In this document: positions 49,601 through 61,072 of the stretch, piece by piece
How positions within the stretch are numbered: the first letter of the stretch is position 1
Layout of the letters: the number at the start of each line of letters is the position of its first letter
Assembly (NCBI RefSeq): GCF_030684315.1
Contig: NC_081379.1
Coordinates: forward strand, 45,465,404-45,529,403
Length of the DNA: 64,000 nucleotides
Direction of reading: 5' to 3'
Source: Stegostoma tigrinum
Taxonomy: Eukaryota
Made by a program: the position numbers and the translations under genes
The notes under the pieces: generated by a model
Database searches by the model: none
What the model was told of the DNA's origin: nothing
The model's input: only the letters and a program-made list of their open reading frames with translations

Positions 49601-50699
49601 TCATAACACTGTCAGGGAGATATTTCCCAAGATTCACTTTCAGCATTATGATGATGGCTCAGAACTCTGAAATATCTTGGATATTTTTACCTTTAATATC
49701 AAAATGTATTTTTTAAATTAAGGACTGATACAGGCAAAAAAAAAGTACTGCAGATGTAAATTTAGTGCTTTCTGGCAAAGTCCAGTGGCGCACCCATGGA
49801 ATGTCATACTTGTTGAGTGGTTGGGAACTGTAGAGGAGTGCAAGAGATGTAACAGGAAGAGATAACAAGGGACTGGCTATCTCTCTTTTTGCTCTCAGCA
49901 GAAAACCATCTCTTGCAGGCATTCTGTTTTGTGTTTGGTCCTTCTACAAATATATAAAAATGGGTTAAAAACCAACTGCAACCTGATCTCTGTGTACTAG
50001 AGCAAGAAGGTGTGCTATTCGAAGAAGTTGTGCTTGTGAACTGAAGTTTGTATGTACAGGGTTTGAACACAAGTACACTGTGAAGTTCACAGTTGAAGAA
50101 CCATGCACTAGTCATCCTTGTATTCCAGGTTAAATGATTTTGTCTCCCTGCATACTGGACACCAGTGAGCTAACAAGTCAACCTGGAGGAAACTGGACAC
50201 AAAGGATTCGGTCACTCTGAATGCTGCCAATGAACCACTTTTAAAAGGAAATAAGATTTAAAAATTTCAACTAACCCGTAAAAGAGAAGTTCTCAAAATC
50301 GACTGTTAATTCTTCAGTGTTGCGCTATCTGCTCTTCACAAAAATCCAGGAGAGTCTGATCCACATATCATTTCAATTTTATCTCTTTGGACTCACTTAT
50401 AATTCCTGATCTGTGACCATATATGTTGCGTCACTAGTTCTTTTCACATTCAGAAACTAATTCATTCACTCTTTTGTCAACTCAAAAAATCCTGGTTAGG
50501 ATGACTCTTTTTAAAATATAAATCCATTTGGTTCAAAAGGAAAGGATCTTTTTCAAATTAACCTTATTGTGACCCGCAAAGAGAGTGGGTAAACAATGGA
50601 GGAGAACCAATTCATCCCTCCTCAGCGAGAGTTTTTATGACTCAACTAGCCGTCTGGACCTGTCATAATTTGAGGATCTCCTTTTCAGGATCTGGGTGT

Positions 50700-51400
50700 T
50701 AAGTAAGTGAAGAAATTCCTCCTCATTACAATCCTAAATGATTGACCTGTTATCCTGAGACTGTGCCCTTGTGTTGTAGATTCCTGACCAGGGGAAATAA
50801 TGACTGTAGCAGTGTAGATTGAGGAAGCAGTTAAAAGGGCATGCAGGATCCTGGGTTTCATAAATAGAAGCATAAATTCAAAAGCAAAAAAAGTCATCAC
50901 CTGGAGTAAATGTATTCCATTCTGAGGACCACCACTTTTGAAAGGAAGTTGAATAATCAAAATGGATGAAGGAAAAAGGTTTACAAGAAAGGTATTGGGT
51001 TTGAGGGACTTACATAATGTGACTACAGTCGAGAAGCTAGGCTGTTCTCCTCACAGAAAAGAAGGTTGAGAGATTTGGTGGAAGCGTTCAAAGCTCTGAG
51101 GGTCTAGACAGAAAATAATGGGAAACCTCCCATTTTCCGAAGAGCCGAGAGCTAGAGGACACCCATTTATGATGAACAGAAAAAGGACCAAGCATAACAT
51201 GAGGAGAAATGCTTCTTTACACGCAAAATTGTCATGAACAAGAACACCTCGCATGGCATGTAATTCAGTTGCGTATTCCAAAAGAATTGGATTGTTATCT
51301 GAAGTTTTAAAAAATAGTTACAGGACTTGGCACAATTGTGACAGAATGGAACTGAATGAACTGCTTTTGCAGAGATCATGCACAGACTTGAAGGCCAAAT
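50700..51400. mobile_element. CR1 3' fragments in opposite orientations (50700-50800 minus, 50800-51400 plus)
   Basis: TTQGHSLRITGQSFRIVMRRNFFT on minus; VKRACRILGFINRSI on plus. Confidence 0.6.
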
Positions 51401-51404
51401 TTTT

Positions 51405-52220
51405 TTTGTGTTAATCAGATGTGGGCATCACTGCTCTGCCAGCAGTTATTGCTCATCTGAGTTGTCTTTGAGAAGGTGGTTGTGTGCTATTTTTTGAACC
51501 ACTCAAATTTTTGGGGTGTAGGTTCACCCTCAATGCTGCTTCGGAGGGAGTTCCAGAATTTTGTACCAGCAACACTGAAGGAATGGCAATATATTGCCAA
51601 GTCAGGATGATAAGCGGCTTGGAGGGGAGCTCACAGATGGAGATGCTCCCATGCATCTGCTGCCCTTGTCCACCTACTTGCTGGTGGGATCATGGATTTG
51701 GAAATGCTGTTGAAGGGGCCTTGGGAGACAATGGCCTGGTGGACTGTTAATCCAGAGACTCAGGTAATTTTTTTGCAGAAATGAGTTAGAATTCCGCCGT
51801 GGAAGATAGGTCAAACACGGATGCAATAGCAACCTGGAATTAAGAGTCTAATGATGACCATGAATCCACTTTTGATTGCTGGAAAAATCCATTTGGTTCA
51901 ATAATCCCATTTAGGGAAGGAAGCTGCCTTCTTTACCTGGTCTGGCCTACATGTGACTCCAGACCCACAGGAATGTGGTTGAGTCTCAAGTGCCTGCTGG
52001 GAATTAGGGATGGGCAATAAATGCTGGCCCAGCCAGTGATGTCCTCATCCTGTGAATGGGTGAGATACTTGGTGAGATACTTCAGTATAACTTGGAGATA
52101 CAGTGCTGCTACTGGGTGTCAGAAGTGGAAGGAATGAATATTGAATGTGGTAGATGTGGAGCCAGTCAAGCAGTCCATTTTGCCCTTGATAGAATTGAGC
52201 TTCTTGAATGTTATTGGAAC
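51405..52220 (-). mobile_element. Family B LINE 3' end interrupted by a SINE
   Basis: Homologous to 28180-28620; interrupted at ~51722-52057. Confidence 0.7.
51722..52057 (+). mobile_element. tRNA-derived SINE sharing its 3' tail with the family B LINE
   Basis: gggagacaatggcctggtgg...gggatgggcaataaatgctggcc tail, matching 55415-55440. Confidence 0.8.
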
Positions 52221-52860
52221 TCATCTAAGTATTGCTCTTTCTGTTCTGGGCCTTTCTGTATGATGCTTTCATGTTTCTTGATTATGTTGCTGCAGAGTTG
52301 GTGATTGAAGCAGATACTATATCAGCGCTTAAGATAGACTAAATAGGTAAGAAATGGGATGAGAACATGATGAGACAGGGAAAGAATATGGAGCAATTCT
52401 TGCTTCAGCTTAGAATTTTAATTTCTATGCAGTATTCAGAATTGAGAGTCTTCCATTGCAATAGGGTTAGGGGTTCTTAGGACTGCCCTTTTACTCTACT
52501 CATGGTCCAAACTCAGAATATAAATTGTTGATGTCAATCTCAAGCACTGCTCAAAGGAATGCCTTTCCCTTAAAGGGATATTCATTGTTTCATCGTCATT
52601 GATTCTGGAGCAGTGAAGAGGACCCAGATTCAAATCAGGCGACTTTCTGGGATAGATTGTCAAGACTCTTAAAATGTTCAAATTATGGCACTCAGCAATT
52701 TGGATCAATATTGAAGCTAAGGATCAAAAGTGAAGCAAAATCCAGACTTCCGAATACACTCGCCTTTTAGCACAGCCACCCTATTTAGTCTGTTTCATCC
52801 TTTCGCAAATGTGACCACCCAAAGACTCTGCTAGTTCTAGGTTTAACATTACATATCTAA

Positions 52861-53556
52861 GGTTGTTGATATGCTCGCTGAGCCAGTGGGTCTAGTTTTG
52901 TCACCCTGCTAGGTAACATTGTCAGTGTGCCTCTGGGGAAGCATCAGTGTTCTGTCCCACTTGCTATTTATGTGTCTCTGTTTGCTGGGGTGGCTAATAT
53001 TACTTCTGGTTTTGTTTCTCAGTGATTTGTACACAAGGTCTAATTCATAATGTTTGTTGATGGAGTTCTGATTGGAATGCCAGGCCTCCAGGAATTCCCG
53101 GGCATAACCTGTTTGGCTTGTGTGATTATCAATGTCTTGTCCCAGTCAAATTTGTCTCCCTTGTTGTTCGTGTGTAATGAGACAAGTGAGAATTGGTCGT
53201 GTCTCTTGGTGACTAATTGGAGTTCATGTATCTGTATTGTCAGTTTTCTTCCAGTTTGGCCCATTGTAGTGTTTTTCACAGCCCTTGCATGGTATTTTGT
53301 ATATTACACCAGTTTTGCTGGTTTGGGTATGGGATCCTTTACGTTTGTCAGTAGCTGTTGTAGGGTGGTTGTCGGTTTGTGGGCTACTCTGATACCTTGG
53401 GGTGTAACAATAATAACAAGCCAGACAGAACACCGATGCTTCACTGGCAGCACACTGACGATGTTACCTAGCAGGGTGACAAAACTAGACCCACTGGCTC
53501 AGCGAGCAAGTCTACAACCTTATCCACAGCCTAAGCTACAAATCTTCTTGAAAACT
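52861..53556 (-). mobile_element. Penelope-like element (Penelope/Poseidon-type) with a GIY-YIG remnant and inverted terminal repeats
   Basis: GVIYKIPCKGCEKHY / GQTGRKL...FDWDKT; inverted arms 52872-52956 and 53424-53508; TSD ttaca(t/g)atctaa at 52849-52860 and 53557-53568. Confidence 0.88.
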
Positions 53557-53579
53557 TTACAGATCTAAATACTTTATAT

Positions 53580-55478
53580 TTCAACAGTAAGTATTTCCAT
53601 AACCAACAGATCAGATCCAAGCTCTGCAATCTTGCAAAAATCTATTTGTAAATGGTAGTGGACAATTAAACAGTGGAGGAAGTGTCTTCGTAAATATCCC
53701 ATCTCAATGATGGGGCTTTGAGGGCAGGGAGCGGGTCAGGTAGAGTGGGGGGAGGAGGCAGCACATAAATGCAAAAGATAAGGCTGAAACATTTGTAACT
53801 ATCTTCTGCTAGAAATGCCAAGTGGATGATCCATCTCAGCCTCGCCCAGTGGTTCCCATCATCGCAGCTGCCAGTCTGCAGCCAATTCTATTCACTCCAC
53901 ATGATATCAGGAAAATTCTGAACGCACTGGAAACTGTCAAGGTTATGAGCCCTGACTACCTTCCAGCAATAATACTGATGACTTTGCTCCAGATTTTGCT
54001 GCACTTGTACTCAAGCTCTTCTACTATAGCTGAGAAATATTGCACAAGTATGCCCTGTACACAAGAATTCAACCTGAATAATTGCCACTCCATCAGTCTA
54101 CTCTCAATCAGCAATAAAGTAATGGAAGGGGTCATCTATAGAACTATCAAGCAGCACTGCTTAGCAATATCCTACTCACTGATACTCAGCTTAGGTTCCG
54201 CCAGGGCATCTGGCTCCTGACTTCATTACAGCTTTGGTTCAAACATTGACAAAACAGTTGAATTCCATCGGTGAGGTGAGAGTGAAGACCCTTATGTCAA
54301 GGCTGTATTTAACTGAGTATAACATCAAGAAACCCTAAAAAAACTGAAACCAATGGGAATCAAGGGGCACATTCTCCACTGATTGGGGCCATACCTGGCA
54401 CATAGGAAGATAGTTGTATTTATTGAAGGCCAATCATCTCAACTCCATGACATCTATTATATCTCTGCAGGAGTTCCTCAGTGTAGTGTCCTAGATCCAA
54501 CCCTCTTCAGCTGCTTCATCCGTAACTTTCTCTCGATCATAAGGTCAGAAATGATGACTGCATAATGTCTAGCACCATTCGTGACTCCTCAGATACTATA
54601 CTGAAGCTTTCCATATTTAAATGCAGCAAGATCTGGACAATATTCAGGCTTTTTCTGACAAGTGATGAGGGGCTGGAATGCCACAGACAGTCAATCACTA
54701 TCTTCAATAAGAAAGAATCTAATCATTGCTCCTTGAAATTCAATGGCATTATGATTACCAAATCCCCCACAATCAACACCCTGGGGATTACCATTGACCA
54801 GACACTGAACTACACTGATGATATGAATGCAGTGGCTGTAAGAACAAGTTAGCAGCTAGGAATCTTGCAATGAGTAACTCACCTCCTGACTAACAAAGCC
54901 TGTCCACCATCTCCAAGGCACAAGTTAGGAGTGTGATGGAATACTCCCCACTTGCCTGGATCAGTTAGCTGCAACAGTACTCAAGAATCTTGACAGTGCA
55001 AAGAACAGAGTAGCCCACTAGATAGGCACAACATCCACAAACTTCAAGGAGTGACGATTAGATTCTTTATAAGTTAAGATGGCCATTGCTTGTCATTTTG
55101 AATGGCACGTCAGTTCATTACCACTCATTAGCCTGAGCCTAGGAATTGTCCACCATCAACTCTCAGTAGCTGTAGTCTGTACCACCTACAAGGTGAACTG
55201 CAGAAATTTACTAAGACTGCTTAGACAGCATCTTCCAAACCCATGAACTCTACCAACTGGAAAGACAAAGGTGATAAAAACATGGGAACACCACTGTATT
55301 CAAATTCCATTCCAAAATTCTGACTTGGAAATAAATTGTCACAGGGTCACTACATCACACGGACTGCAGTGGTTCAAGGCAACAGCTCACCACCACCTTT
55401 GCAAGGTCAACTAGAGATGGGCAGTAAATGCTGGCCTGGACAGCAAAGCCAATTTCCACTGAGCAATAAAAACAAATA
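53580..55478 (+). mobile_element. Family B LINE, degenerate RT region to the 3' end
   Basis: SISLLSISNKVMEGVI; AGVPQCSVLDPTLFSCFI; PTINTLGITIDQTLNY; tail gatgggcagtaaatgctggcc. Confidence 0.88.
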
Positions 55479-55569
55479 AATAGAAAATGCACTGGTTAAG
55501 GTCATATGTCATGCAGTCACTATTTTGCTTTACAATATATTTCAAAATGTAACACTTTTGAGAAGTAAG

Positions 55570-55882
55570 AGATTAGATTCCCTACAATGTGGAAACAGGC
55601 CCTTCAGCCCAACAAGTCCACACCACTCCTTGCAGCATCCCACCCAGACCCATTCCCCTATAACCCACACACCCCTGAACACTACGGGCAATTTAGCATG
55701 GCCAATCCACCTAGCCTGCACATCTTTGGGCTGTGGGAGGAAACCAGAGCACCCGGAGGAAACCCACACAGATACGGGGAGAATGTACAAACGCCACACA
55801 GACAGTTACCCAAGGGTGGAATCGAATGGGTCCCTGGTGCTGTGAGGCTGCAGTGCTAACCACTGAGCCACCGTGCCGCCCA
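55570..55882 (-). mobile_element. Young HE1/V-SINE-type SINE
   Basis: Reverse complement GGGCGGCACGGTGGCTCAGTGGTTAGCACTGCAGCCTCACAG; highly similar to 43864-44182. Confidence 0.95.
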
Positions 55883-56959
55883 AACTAGTGCTGGATTAAA
55901 ACATACCAATAACACCTGATCTTTAAATCAGTCTGTTTTAGTACACCAATTATCTCCCTCAAGCTGAAATTGAAAACGTAATTATTCACAGATTAGAAAT
56001 ACATACTGAAGATTTATCAATCCAGGTTATTATCTTCGGGCTTCAGAATACAGCACAATTGTTAAATATTCGGTTGTTGATGGTGAACTGGAGTATTTAG
56101 CAAGTCACAACTTGTAACTGTTTTGTTGCAGCCATAGTCTGGATTGGGGGGAAATTATTTACCATTCTGTCCTATACAATAATAATTAGCACCTTTTTAA
56201 ATGCTTACATAGTAAGTAGGACAGAGAGAGGGATTTATTTGTCTCAGAGCTTTGAGCAATCATGGAACTGTAATCTTTAAACTGGCTTGATGATGTGCTG
56301 TAAGGTGAGTTCCTTGGTGCTGATTGTTTTCGTGACTGTGTTGGTGAGCAATAGAAGCAGGGATGTTTTGACCAACGTGAAATTGGGAACATTGAACAGC
56401 GTGGATGCACTCATGGTGGAGCATGATGTGGATGTGGAGCACAGGATCAATCAGCATTGCTGGTAACTGAGCTAGGAAACATATCAGCAGGGAATCGTGG
56501 GATGTGTTTAATTTGTGTAGGCAAAAGTTATGAGGTGTTCTTGTTGCCAAGGGTGATTGGTAGAGAGAGAAATGAAAATAGGAGAGAACAGAATCAAGCT
56601 GGGACATAAATAAGTGAATGAACAAGACAGGAAAATACATAAAGTAGCTGATGCTTCTAAAGCAAGAAAAAAGACAAGCAGTGGCCCCTGGAGAAAGAGA
56701 AACAATCTACAGGGATGGCTCAAGGCAAGAAAAGTAAAACAAGGAAACAGGACCCATGCATGAAAGGAGGAGAAAGAAGAATAGAGATTAATGCTGTAAA
56801 GAAGCAACTTTTTTTTATCAACTTATTTTTTGAATCAACCTGTTCAGAGACTTTATTTTCCCCCTGTGGAGCAGGTGGGGCTTGAAACCAGGCTTCCCTG
56901 GGCAGGGGCTCTGTAACTGTTCCGAGACAGGAAAGTATTTATTCAACTGCCCTTCATAA

Positions 56960-57093
56960 ATAAAAGCAAAATGCTGCAACATTAAGGAAATCTGGAAAAA
57001 AACCCCAGAAAATGTTGGCGAAACTGAGCAAATCTGGCAGCAGCTGTGGAGAGAGAAAAACAGTTTTGAATCCAATAGACTCTTCTTCAGAAG
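56960..57093 (-). mobile_element. PLE-derived repeat with a decayed hammerhead core
   Basis: Reverse complement has CTGAAGA-AGAGTCTATTGGATTC-AAAAC...ctctccacagctgctgccagatttgctcag. Confidence 0.6.
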
Positions 57094-57224
57094 GATTGTT
57101 TTTTGATTGGTTCCAGGGAAATTTGAGCCAAACATGATTTTGTTCCCCTCCATGCCCTGGACTTGCATTTGCTACTGAATCTGCCAAAGTCACCATTCTG
57201 AGAAATAGCTAAGATGAGATTTTT

Positions 57225-58045
57225 TAAATTCATTCAAGGAACGTGAACATTTCGGGCTGGTCCAGCATTTATTGTTCGTCCATATTTGCCCTTGAGAAGA
57301 TGGGGATGAGCTGCCTTCTTGAACTGCTGCAGCCCATGTGCTGTAGGGACATATACGATGCCATGCAGGAGGAAGTTCCAGGATTTTGACTCAGTGGCAG
57401 TGAAAGAATGGCAGTATATTTCCAAGTCAGGCTAGTGAGTGGTTTGGAGGGAACTTGCAGATGATGGTGTTTGCATGTATCTTCTGTCTTTTACCTTCTA
57501 GGTGGAAGTGATTTTGGTTTTGTTCGGGACTGCCTATGGATCTTTGGTGAATTTCTGCAGTGCACCTTTTATATGGTAAGTACTGCTGCTACTGAGCATT
57601 GGAAGGGAGTTAGTGTTTGAGGATGTGGTGCCAGTAAAGTGGGCTACTTTGTCCTGGCTAGTATTAAACTTCTTGAGCATTGTTGGAGCTGCACCCATCC
57701 AGGCAAGTGGAGTGTATTCCATCACACTCCTGACTTGTGCCTTGTAGTTGGTGGACAGGCTTTGAGGAGTCAGGAAGTGAGTTACTCGCTGGACGATTCC
57801 AAACCCCTGACTTGGTTTTGTTGTTATGGCATTTATATGGCCAGCCCATTTCAGTTTCTGGTCAATGATAGTGGGGGAATTCAATGATGGTAATACCATT
57901 GATTGTCAAAGGGTGATGGTTAGACTCTGTTTTGTTGAAGGTGCTCATTGCCTGGCACTTGTATGGTACAAATGTTACTTGCCACCTGTCCAGATCTTGC
58001 TGCACTTAGACTGTGACAGCTTCAGTATCTCAGGCATTGCATGAA
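57225..58045 (-). mobile_element. Family B LINE 3' portion
   Basis: ORF 57534..57899 has IDQKLKWAGHIN...LTPQSLSTNYKAQVRSVMEYTPLAWMGAAPT. Confidence 0.88.
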
Positions 58046-59204
58046 TTTGAAAATAAGAAGAGAAGCTTTGGCTGATATGTTAGCTGAAGGCGAGTGAGAA
58101 GAGGAGTGAAATTTTGTTGGTATTGGTGGGCATTTAATCAGTCTGGGGTCCCAACCCCTTTGCTCTGATAAAACCATAAATCACTGAGTCCATGATTGGC
58201 CACTAAAGAGCCCAAATAACAGCCTGTTACTGGTATTTACCCAAGCCCATGGGGTTGTGGCATGCATGAAATCTGCAATACAAGTCTAGCTGGGGCCAGG
58301 GATTTGTTTATTGGTACTTAGTCTCTGATTGAGAGAACAGTATCAAAAAGGTGGAGTCTTTTGAGAGCCATGACCCTGTTCCTGCCACTAACAACCCTCC
58401 ACGGTGGCTGATCCCATCCCTCAATGCCCTGTCTCATCAGCGCTCCCCTGAGGTCTGAGTCCTTATGGGTTGGCTCTGAGATAGGTGTATTACTGGCAGT
58501 ATCCATGCCTGAATGATGGTGGTGACAAACAATAAAGAGGATGGGTCTTCCACCATTCCATGGGGTTATTGACTTCAAAGAAAGGTCACTACTGCCCAGT
58601 TAAGAGACAATGTGAGGTTCTCATCGGCCCTCCAGCCTATAGGCGAGAACCCCATTACCACCTGTGAACACTGTATTAAGTAGGCGTGCAGAGATTACCT
58701 TAGTATGAATCTTTTTATTATTCAGTCACCGGTTGGCATTTATTGCCTATACCCAGTTGACCTTGAAAAGGTCCTTTGGGTCAAATGGCCTGCAGTGGTG
58801 CTTTGGATTCTTATGTAATTTTGTGTGCTCACCTGACAATTCCATCAGCTTCAACAGATAAAGCCATTTTCTAATATATTCCATGAGGCTTTTTTTGGCA
58901 TTTAAAATAATCCTATTTCATATGCTAACCTTGTGTATTTGGTTCCAGAGAATAAGCAACTTGAATTGCTTCTCTTGCTTTTTGTCCTCTGAATTATGTC
59001 CAGCTGGTACTGTTTTACAATTATAATGCAAACATGCTAAAATCCCCAGTGAGACAAGGTTTCTGGCCATTGTGTGCCCCATTACTTGGTGTGACACTAA
59101 GTAAACAAGAATCATATTCACATATAAAGCATATTATTTGGTTTATATTAACTATGTAGGAAACACTTTGAAAGTCTTGCACATAGCATTCTTTTGCAGG
59201 ACAC

Positions 59205-59480
59205 TTATGGTGCAGTGGTAGTGTCCCTACGTCTGAGCTAGAAGACCCAGGCTCAAGTCCTACCTGCTCCAGAGTTATGTAGTTACATCCCTGAGCAGGC
59301 TGAGTAAAAGCACATGTACTTAACGCAAGAATTTTATTTCTAACTTGCTATTTTCATTATACCCTTCATCTCTGAGTCAGGAAGTGCAGAACTGAGGGAG
59401 TGCTGCATTGTTAGAGGTGCTATCTTTCAGTTGAGACATTAAAGTGAAGCTCTGTTGACACACCCGGTGGGTGTAGAAAT
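59205..59480 (+). mobile_element. Two SINE remnants (tRNA-type head 59205-59310; Deu-domain SINE 59360-59480)
   Basis: TGGTGCAGTGG A box and GGCTCAAGTCC B box; actgagggagtgctgcattgttagaggtgctatctttcagttgagacattaaa. Confidence 0.65.
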
Positions 59481-59496
59481 AATTGTACTGACGAAG

Positions 59497-59703
59497 TGAG
59501 ATGACAAGATGTAGAGCTGGATGAACACAGCAGGCCAAGCAGCATCAGAGCAGCAGGAAAGCTGATGATTCGGGCCTAGACCCTTCTTCGGGCCCGAAAC
59601 ATCAGCTTTCCAGCCCCTCTGATGCTGCTTGGCCTGCTGTGTTCATCCAGCTCTACACCTTGTTATCTCAGATTCTCCAGCATCTGCAGTTCCTACTATC
59701 TCT
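59497..59703. mobile_element. PLE terminal repeat in head-to-head (fold-back) configuration
   Basis: Arms 59497-59576 and 59591-59670 are near-perfect reverse complements around a 14-nt loop. Confidence 0.9.
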
Positions 59704-60774
59704 GAAACTATCTTAAGCGACACTGGTTAATCCATTATTCATCATATGAGAACCTGTGGGGTGGTTCTGGAGCAATGTGTGTGCGTGAGGTTGATGTTAC
59801 TCTGTACAGTTTTCATGCCTATTTCTTGTATGCCCATCTCACATTGATGCTGCAGCAGACAGAGAAAGAGACAGAACAGGTCAGTGCCAGTGCTTTATCA
59901 TGATAAAACAGTGAAAGTACAGGATGTGAAGCCATGCAGTGACCAGACTGACTAACAACCTGACTGTCTGGTACAAAAACCACACACCCGGACACACTAG
60001 GGACATTTCTATGTGCAAACTGGCCTCGATATTTATCTCAAGAACAACTTTATATGCACCTTTAATGTAGTAAACTCTTAAAATGTGCTTTGACAGAAGT
60101 ATTAATGCATAATGATTTGATGCCAAGATACATGAGGGACGTTCGGGCTTAGTCGAAATGATAAATTTCAAGGACCGTCCTTAAGGAAGAAAATGGGAGA
60201 TAGGCTGAGAGTTTTAGTGGGTGAATTGCAGACCCTGTTGGCTAATGGTGGGGAGATTAACTTCAGGGAAGTGTAAGACGCAGGAATTAAAGGAGCAGAG
60301 ACATTTCGTAAGGTTATACAATGGAGGGGAGGTTAGAGAGATAGGCAAGTTGCTGGAGGGATTTGAAAGCAAGGGGCCGAACTTTACAGTGAGCTGGGGG
60401 TAGGTTTGAAAGGTGGGAGTGGGGGCGTACTGTAAAAATTTGTGTGTGCCTTTCCTGCTCACTTTCTCCCTGGCTGCAACTTTCTGGCTAGCAAAGGTCA
60501 TCAATGAGTGGGACAGCATGCAGGAAAGATCGTTTGGTCCTAGAGTGGGAAGGGGTGAGGAATGCCTCTTTCATGATGTGCCTTTTGGATTGGATGCTAT
60601 CCACAAGGCCTACCATGCCAACCCACCTCCCCACTTATGCTTCCACTGATATCCCCCACACCCCCACCGTTCCAGCCAGCCTGTGTGCCCTATGCCCGTC
60701 TGGTGACGTTACATAATCAAAAACAAGGCTGCGCTTCAAAAGTATTTCATTGTGGAGAAGACAGCTTTTAGTAT

Positions 60775-60878
60775 GAGGCAAAAGCAGAAATTGTTGGAAA
60801 GACTCAGCAGGTCTGACAGGATCTGTGGAGAGAAAGCTGCATCAATATTCCGAGTCCAGAGACCCTTCGTCAGGACCA
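60775..60878 (-). mobile_element. PLE-derived repeat with a decayed hammerhead core
   Basis: Reverse complement has CTGACGA-AGGGTCTCTGGACTC-GGAA...ctctccacagatcctgtcagacctgctgag. Confidence 0.6.
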
Positions 60879-61072
60879 ATGAGGTGTTGGCAATGTCCAG
60901 TATGGTTTATTTGGCCATAAAATGACAAACTTGTGGAGATGACTGTTGTGTATTTCATATTTCAGGCTCAGATTGACTAGGTTAGCTCTTGGAGTCTGCC
61001 AACTCTATCAATGTGATCAGTCAATTGTTTAGATATGATTTCTAGCTTTTGGTTAGCACCATATCTGATGCT

